Positions 58,134 through 64,000 of a stretch of DNA of 64,000 nt are shown here, one piece after another. The position numbers were made by a program, and so were the translations under genes. A model generated the notes under the pieces. It was not told the origin of the DNA and made no database searches. It worked only from the letters and a program-made list of their open reading frames with translations. Each line of letters begins with the position of its first letter. Within the stretch, counting starts at the first letter, position 1. Origin of the DNA: Candidatus Hydrogenedentota bacterium (GTDB taxonomy: Bacteria; Hydrogenedentota; Hydrogenedentia; Hydrogenedentales; SLHB01); assembly GCA_963674865.2 (NCBI GenBank), contig CAXXYE010000009.1, positions 1,408,001 to 1,472,000 on the forward strand. Direction: 5' to 3'.

Positions 58134-59945
58134 ATGCGTGAACAATTGAGTCTGGATGGTTCTTGGAAGTTTTGCCCGGCATTCGTTGAGTTGGAGGCGA
58201 ATCAGCGATTCATGAATCCGGATTTCGATTCAGACTCTTCCGAGGCCGGGCCGGACGCCGACGGGGCCTGGATTCTGCCCGGCCATGACGATGCTGGGTG
58301 GATGGATGTGCCCGTGCCGAGCAGTTGGAATAAGGCGGTGCCGGATCTGTGGAGCTATGAAGGACATGGCTGGTATCGCCGCACGGTGCAGGTGCCTGCG
58401 TCATGGGCGGGCAGGCGGGTCCTCTTCACATCCGACGGTGCGAACTATCGGACGGTGCTATACGTCAACGGCCGGAAAGCGGGCGTTCACGAAGGGGGCT
58501 ATGCGCCTTTCTCGATAGCCGTGCATGATCTTCTCAATCCCGGCGAGACAAATACCATCGCCGTCTCCATCGATAATCTCCCGAAGCCGGAGCGCTGTCC
58601 TGGCGGACAGTTTGACTGGTGGAACCACGGCGGACTCTACCGCTCCGTCCGATTCGAGGTCACGGACCTCACCCATATCGAAGAGGCAGCCGTCGTCACC
58701 CAGCCGGGAGATGGCGTCTCACGAGTCTACGTGCTGGTGTCTATCGAGGTGGCCGACAACGATGTGCTCGTCGTCGCCGCCGTGCTGCGCGATGCCGCCG
58801 GCGTCGAGGTCGCCTCGGCCTCCGCACCGGCCCAGGTCGTCCAAGGGAAAGGTACGGCGGAACTCGCTCTCGAGGTGAAGGATGCGCTGCTGTGGTCGCC
58901 GGATGAACCTAACCTATATGGCTTGACGCTGACGCTGCGCGAGGCGCAGGGCGGGCAAGCACGCGATGAGTACACGCGCCGGATCGGCATACGCTCCATC
59001 GAGGTCAAGGGCACGCAACTGCTTCTGAACGGAGAGCCACTCATTGTCAAAGGCTTCAGCCGGTATGAGGACTACGACGACACGGGGCGGACGCCGAACG
59101 AGGTGGCGCTCCGCCGGGATCTGGCGCTGGTGAAAGACATGGGGGGCAACACCATTCGATGCCACTGCCCCAATTCGCCCATGACCTACGATTTGTGCGA
59201 CGAGATGGGCGTGTTTTTCATCAGTGAGCTGCCCCTTTATCAATGGGGCCGCCCATTGGTGGGGACGGACTCTCCCGAGGCCCTCGTCGCCGCAAAGGCG
59301 CAGCTCGAAGAGATGATACGCTGGCAGCGCAATCACCCGTCCGTCCTTATGTGGAGCGTGAGCAATGAGAACCTCTGCAAGCCGCGCCAGGATACGGAGG
59401 AATACAAGCGCCTGGCGGAGATGACGGTAGCAGGTAACCGCGAGCTCGTCGACCTCGCCCACGCCCTGGATTCCACCCGGCCCGTGATCGAGGTGAGTAA
59501 TTGTTGGCCGGGCGATAAGGTTTTCGAGAAGACGGATATCAGCGCCGTCAACATCTACATCGGCGCGCCGACGCCGCACGTGTCCACGGTGGGGGAACTC
59601 GCCGTGCAGATGCACGAGCGGCTGGAAGCCTTGCGCGAGGAGTATCCCGACAAGCCGATTCTCGCCGGCGAGTTCGGCTCGTGGGCGGTGCACGGCCTCA
59701 AGACGGATCATTTCCCCGGGGAGGCCTACCAAGCGGCGCTCATCAAGACGTATTGGGAGGCGCTCGAGAAGGAGCCGAACGTCATCGGCGGCCTGATCTG
59801 GTGCTTCGCGGACTCGGACGTCCATCGGCGGTTTCAGTGGGTGTACGAGTACCGCTGCGCCTACGGTGTGTTCGACCTGCACCGCAGTCCGAAGGAAGCG
59901 GTGGATACCATCCGTAGCCTGTGGACAAGGGGCGAAGGGAGATAG
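58134..59945 (+). CDS. GH2 family glycosidase (beta-glucuronidase/galactosidase-like)
   Basis: SLDGSWKF, VPSSWN, HEGGY.PF, GLYRSV, NHPSVLMWSVSNE, GEFG. Confidence 0.92.
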   Translation: MREQLSLDGSWKFCPAFVELEANQRFMNPDFDSDSSEAGPDADGAWILPGHDDAGWMDVPVPSSWNKAVPDLWSYEGHGWYRRTVQVPASWAGRRVLFTSDGANYRTVLYVNGRKAGVHEGGYAPFSIAVHDLLNPGETNTIAVSIDNLPKPERCPGGQFDWWNHGGLYRSVRFEVTDLTHIEEAAVVTQPGDGVSRVYVLVSIEVADNDVLVVAAVLRDAAGVEVASASAPAQVVQGKGTAELALEVKDALLWSPDEPNLYGLTLTLREAQGGQARDEYTRRIGIRSIEVKGTQLLLNGEPLIVKGFSRYEDYDDTGRTPNEVALRRDLALVKDMGGNTIRCHCPNSPMTYDLCDEMGVFFISELPLYQWGRPLVGTDSPEALVAAKAQLEEMIRWQRNHPSVLMWSVSNENLCKPRQDTEEYKRLAEMTVAGNRELVDLAHALDSTRPVIEVSNCWPGDKVFEKTDISAVNIYIGAPTPHVSTVGELAVQMHERLEALREEYPDKPILAGEFGSWAVHGLKTDHFPGEAYQAALIKTYWEALEKEPNVIGGLIWCFADSDVHRRFQWVYEYRCAYGVFDLHRSPKEAVDTIRSLWTRGEGR

Positions 59946-59977
59946 ACGACGTGCCGACATTGGGGGAGAAGGCGAAG

Positions 59978-62368
59978 ATGCTCTCGGTGAGGTTTCTGCC
60001 CCTGGGACTCTTGCTTGCGATGGCGTGGGGCGCGTGGGCGGAGAAACCCCTCACGCACGTCCCATTCATTTACGGCTACAGCAACACCGCGGATCAGGCC
60101 GTCAGTGAGGGATTTCGCAAGGAATTCGAGAGCGCCGCGCCGGACCTGTTCCACGCCGACGGCGATATGCGCTATCTCGGGCGCTACGGATTTGGCTGCC
60201 CCATCTATCCCTCACGGGAACGCACCTACGAAACGTATGTCGCCGAAATGAAGGATCACCTCGCCGCCCTAAGGGGCGAGGGCGTGCGGCTATTCATCGC
60301 CTACCTGTGCAACCAATCCCTATTCGGCAACGACGAGACGAGACTCGGCGCTTGGGAGGTTTATGACAACTGGGGCCAATTCGCCGGGCTCTTCACCTTT
60401 CCCAAGCCCCCCGATCCCATCACATGGCTTCAGCGCGAGCCGAACGGCGACGTGCATTACAACTACTCCCGCCAGTGGGCGCGCGGACGGCGCGAGTACG
60501 ATGGCCTGGGCCTGATCCGCTACGCGCCCTGCCCGAACAATCCGCATTGGCGAGCATTCTGCGATAACGAAGCACGCCTGGCGGCTTCTCTCGGATTCGA
60601 CGGCCTCTTCGTGGACAACTGCATCCTCCACTGCTATTGCGATGCGTGCCGGCGGCGCTTCCAGGCATATCTGAAGAAGCGCTACACGCCCGAGCGATTG
60701 CGCGAAGCCTTTGGCGCTTCGGATTACGGCGAGGTAACCCTTTACAGCGAGGGCGATATACGGCACTGGGCGCAGGCGTCGCCGGAGTTTATCCCATGGC
60801 TGGAGGCGAAGTTCCCGCCGGTGGAGCGGGAAGGTATCTTTGCCACGGCCGGGCCGCTCGACTCGCAGCACGTGGCCAACGCGGGCGGCGGCATGATCAT
60901 GGGGCAGGCCTGTGCCTTCGTCGCGGAGCGCATGCTTAGTCCCGGTGTGCAGCCCTGCTTCGAGAACGTCCGCCTGGCCAATCCCGCCCTGCAAACGCCC
61001 GGTGGGCGTTTGCGCTGGGCGGAGACCACCCGGTTCTGGGCCGATAGCATCGGCGATATGCTGGCCGAGCTTCGCGACGCGGGCCGGCGCGTGAATCCCG
61101 ACTTCTTCATCGTGCCCAACTGGGGGACGATGCAGCGGATCAACGCGGCCGCGGGGCGGGCGGAGGATGGACGCGATCTCCTGCGCATGCGTGCCGGTGC
61201 GGACTGGCAGATGTACGAGGAAGGATTCACGACGGGCCGGATCGCCCCGGGATTGATCCTCGAATACGATATGGAACTCCGGTTTGCCTTCGCGAACGAT
61301 GTCCGCGCCATGCTGCTGCCGTACAACCTCGCGGGCCGGGATGTTTACGATGTGGGCATGGCGGAGGCCGCCGCCTCGGGCGGGAGTGTGCTCGTGGAAT
61401 CGAACGGCCTCTATCCGGAGGTGCAAACCGCGTACCAGCGGTTTTTTCGCGAGCACGCCGATCTCTATGACGGCTACCACTCCGCGGCCCAGGTCGCGCT
61501 CGCGCACTTGTTTGATCAAGTCCACTTCCTGAACGTCGAGCACCTACGGCAGGTGCACGCGCTGAACCGGTACTTGGCCGATCAACAGATTCCCTTTGAT
61601 CACATCACCGAGGAGGGCATAGCTGGCGAGCGGCTCGATGATTACCGCGTCGTGATTCTGCCAAACACCGTCTACCTGAGCGATGAAGAAGTCGCCGCCC
61701 TTCGGAAATACGCCCGGCGCGGCGGCATTCTCATTATCATTGGTGAAACGGGCACGCATGACGCCTATTGCCGCCCGCGTGAGAGGGACGCTTTTAGCGG
61801 CCTAAGCAAGAAGCGCGTCGTGCGCTTCGCCGGCCTCTGCGAGGCCCTTCCTCAACGGGGCATCTATCTTGAGCCGGCGGTGCAGGCGGCGGAGGCCGGC
61901 ACATTCGCGGAAACGTACAGCGACAGGCGGCTAGGCAAATACAAATGCCTTGCCGAACTCGACGAGAAGCTGTGGATCAAGCGCTATCAGCAGGCCGGGC
62001 CTGTTACAGAGGCCATCGCTGAGGCGCTTGGGACTTCGCCGCACATCGCCGACCCGGTGCGTGCCAGCGGCGTGCGATGCCTCATCTATGAGCGGCCCGA
62101 GGGGGAAGCGTGGCGCGCGGTTGCGCACGTGGTGAATAAGAACGTGCCCATGGCTGTGGCCGAGGAAGAGCGCAGGCTCACACCAGTGTCGGATCTCACG
62201 CTATCGCTGCCCATTCCCGCCGGCGCGGAGGCCCTGTCTGCGCGGCTCTTCGTGCCCAGGGCGTCCCCCGTTGCGTTGGACTTCTCTCCCGAGAGCGATG
62301 GCCGTGTCCAGGTAACTATCCCTCGCCTCGATGCCTACGCGGTGGTGGTGCTCTCCTGCACAGAGTGA
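59978..62368 (+). CDS. Secreted putative glycoside hydrolase with a GH42-like trimerisation domain
   Basis: Signal peptide; CPNNPHW, GFDGLFVDN, CYCDACRRRF..YL, IPFD, YRVVILP..LSD..V..L..Y...GG. Confidence 0.65.
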   Translation: MLSVRFLPLGLLLAMAWGAWAEKPLTHVPFIYGYSNTADQAVSEGFRKEFESAAPDLFHADGDMRYLGRYGFGCPIYPSRERTYETYVAEMKDHLAALRGEGVRLFIAYLCNQSLFGNDETRLGAWEVYDNWGQFAGLFTFPKPPDPITWLQREPNGDVHYNYSRQWARGRREYDGLGLIRYAPCPNNPHWRAFCDNEARLAASLGFDGLFVDNCILHCYCDACRRRFQAYLKKRYTPERLREAFGASDYGEVTLYSEGDIRHWAQASPEFIPWLEAKFPPVEREGIFATAGPLDSQHVANAGGGMIMGQACAFVAERMLSPGVQPCFENVRLANPALQTPGGRLRWAETTRFWADSIGDMLAELRDAGRRVNPDFFIVPNWGTMQRINAAAGRAEDGRDLLRMRAGADWQMYEEGFTTGRIAPGLILEYDMELRFAFANDVRAMLLPYNLAGRDVYDVGMAEAAASGGSVLVESNGLYPEVQTAYQRFFREHADLYDGYHSAAQVALAHLFDQVHFLNVEHLRQVHALNRYLADQQIPFDHITEEGIAGERLDDYRVVILPNTVYLSDEEVAALRKYARRGGILIIIGETGTHDAYCRPRERDAFSGLSKKRVVRFAGLCEALPQRGIYLEPAVQAAEAGTFAETYSDRRLGKYKCLAELDEKLWIKRYQQAGPVTEAIAEALGTSPHIADPVRASGVRCLIYERPEGEAWRAVAHVVNKNVPMAVAEEERRLTPVSDLTLSLPIPAGAEALSARLFVPRASPVALDFSPESDGRVQVTIPRLDAYAVVVLSCTE

Positions 62369-62426
62369 TCGGATGCCAGAATCCGTACGTAAGTGCGGTT
62401 CTGCATCCCAAGCACGCGCGCCGGCG

Positions 62427-62533
62427 GCAGGCAGGATGCCCGCGCCACAATCTCCGGCACGCTCGCCATTTGTCAAGGCCCGCTTGCCAGAGCCGCGAGA
62501 AGGGCCATATGGTGGTGCGGGCTTCCAGCCTGC
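62427..62533. repeat. Inverted pair of GTGG-type REP-like palindromes
   Basis: 62427-62448 reverse complement GTGGCGCGGGCATCCTGCCTGC versus 62512-62533 GTGGTGCGGGCTTCCAGCCTGC (19/22 identical). Confidence 0.7.
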
Positions 62534-62694
62534 ATATCCCCGCGATTGGTGCGAAACCTGTCCGACTTGCGTGCGGATTCTTGGAGATCACCTAGCGTTG
62601 TGTGCGATGCTGGCGGCTGATATGATCTTTCCCGAACGCGCGTAGTGCGCGACACCAACGCTAAGCGAAAGTTACCACAAAGCGGGGATGTGCC

Positions 62695-63474
62695 ATGCTG
62701 AAGTTCTCACCATGCATCGAGATGTTCTGGCCGGATGTGGCCTTTGCCGACAGGATCGCCAAAGCGGCGGCGCTCGGCTACCAGGCCTACGAATTCTGGC
62801 AGTATTGGAACAAGGATCTGGACGCCGTGGAGCGCGCTACGAAGGACAGCGGCCTCGACGTGGCCGTATGCTGCGTGAAGACGGCTTTCATGGCCGATAG
62901 CGCGCCCATGCTCCTTCCCGAAGGCAAGGATGACTTCGTGGCCGCGGTGCGCGAATGCCTCACCATTCGTGATCGGCTCGGATGCCAAGGCTTCATCGTA
63001 ACCACCGGCAGTGAACTCGAAGGCGTGTCACGCGCCGATCAGCACCGCGCCTGCGTCGAGGCGCTTGAGGCCGCCGCGCCCATCGCCGAGGGCGAAGGCG
63101 TCACGCTTGTCCTCGAACCCTTGAACCTCCTCGTGGATCACGCCGGATACTATCTCGGAACCTACACGGAAGGCTTCGAGATCCTCGAAGAAGTAAACAG
63201 CCCCGCCGTGAAGCTGCTCTTCGACATCTACCACATGCAGATTTCCGAGGGGAATCTCACGCCGACTATAGTGGGGAACATCAAACGCATAGGCCACTTC
63301 CACATCGCGAATCATCCCGGCCGCCACGAGCCGGCCATCGGCGAGATCAACTATCCCCACATTCTCAACGCCATCCGTGAGGCCGGATACGATAACTATC
63401 TCGGCCTCGAATTCAGCCCAAGTGACCACGCCCGCACGGAGGATATTCTCAAAGCCGTTATCGCTATGGCCTAG
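62695..63474 (+). CDS. Hydroxypyruvate isomerase-like TIM-barrel isomerase
   Basis: LEPLN..DHAGY, LLFDIYHMQISEG, HIANHPGRHEP..GEINY, GLEF. Confidence 0.88.
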   Translation: MLKFSPCIEMFWPDVAFADRIAKAAALGYQAYEFWQYWNKDLDAVERATKDSGLDVAVCCVKTAFMADSAPMLLPEGKDDFVAAVRECLTIRDRLGCQGFIVTTGSELEGVSRADQHRACVEALEAAAPIAEGEGVTLVLEPLNLLVDHAGYYLGTYTEGFEILEEVNSPAVKLLFDIYHMQISEGNLTPTIVGNIKRIGHFHIANHPGRHEPAIGEINYPHILNAIREAGYDNYLGLEFSPSDHARTEDILKAVIAMA

Positions 63475-63629
63475 GGTGGGCCGGCAATTACAGCGGCCAG
63501 TGCGGTGCCACGTGCGCGGACACGCGCATATGCCGGTGCCTCATGGAAAAGGGGATTCATGGCCTTATGCTCCTGTATCCCTGATCTCAGGTGGAGAAAT
63601 GACACAGACTCTTCGCATAAAGGCAGTAG

Positions 63630-64000
63630 CTATGCTTCCGGAAGGTGTAAGGGATTCTTGCGGTCTCGCAAGTAACTGTAAAGAGCATTGGTCATCCAGG
63701 CTTTGGCTGGAAAGATGATGAAGAAGACAAGAAGAGATAGGGCGTGGTCCACATGGGAACACACCGGCCATTGGAACGTACCCGAGAGCCTTGCGGACCA
63801 CGAGAGCGGAAACAGGAGCAAGACAGGGATCGTGCCCAAGCAAACCGTCGTTGTCGCGGCCGCCCAGCCAATGGACTCTCCAACACGAGGGATCTCTGCC
63901 GCGGGAGAGGCTGAACGCCGCAAGAGAATCATTGACATATCGACCCATAGCCAGAACCATAGGAAGCCTGCCATTGCCCTCGTGCGCCACCCATAGGGCA
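63630..64000 (-). CDS. C-terminal part of a membrane protein extending beyond the window
   Basis: Frame is open to the window edge, with several hydrophobic segments. Confidence 0.45.
   Translation of the reverse strand, partial: PYGWRTRAMAGFLWFWLWVDMSMILLRRSASPAAEIPRVGESIGWAAATTTVCLGTIPVLLLFPLSWSARLSGTFQWPVCSHVDHALSLLVFFIIFPAKAWMTNALYSYLRDRKNPLHLPEA

Noticed and set aside
45027..64000. Integrative element inserted at tRNA-Ser
   Set aside because: I saw no integrase and no repeat of the tRNA 3' end in the window

Overview
A GC-rich, gene-dense bacterial chromosomal segment with about 50 CDS and one tRNA-Ser(TGA). I found no rRNA, CRISPR array, prophage or intact transposase. Poly-(Gly-Glu) linkers in a large lipoprotein, together with many sugar-active enzymes, suggest Candidatus Hydrogenedentota (inference, not verified). 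Carbohydrate genes include GH62, GH20, GH2, a GH42-like protein, a BNR sialidase-like protein, a YetA/PcRGLX-like protein, a frameshifted oligogalacturonate lyase-like gene and eda. Housekeeping and regulatory genes include smpB, P-II, yhbY, recD2 and yihY, and there is an MNT-HEPN toxin-antitoxin pair. The most unusual elements are: (1) a membrane-spanning PilZ-TM-TPR-L,D-transpeptidase fusion close to a Cache/HAMP/GAF/HD-GYP enzyme, a candidate c-di-GMP-gated cell-wall remodelling system; (2) an encapsulin plus encapsulated-ferritin cassette inside a metal ABC transporter/methyltransferase operon whose binding protein has atypical ligands; (3) an EIIA / EIIA-CBS / ArsB-NhaD transporter operon; (4) tandem TMTC-like GT-C/TPR genes that each keep a matching promoter; (5) a GTAG-REP cluster around a relic Y1 transposase tail, next to a 6S-like or IS110-end-like motif. 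All assignments come from reading motifs by eye; no database searches were run.
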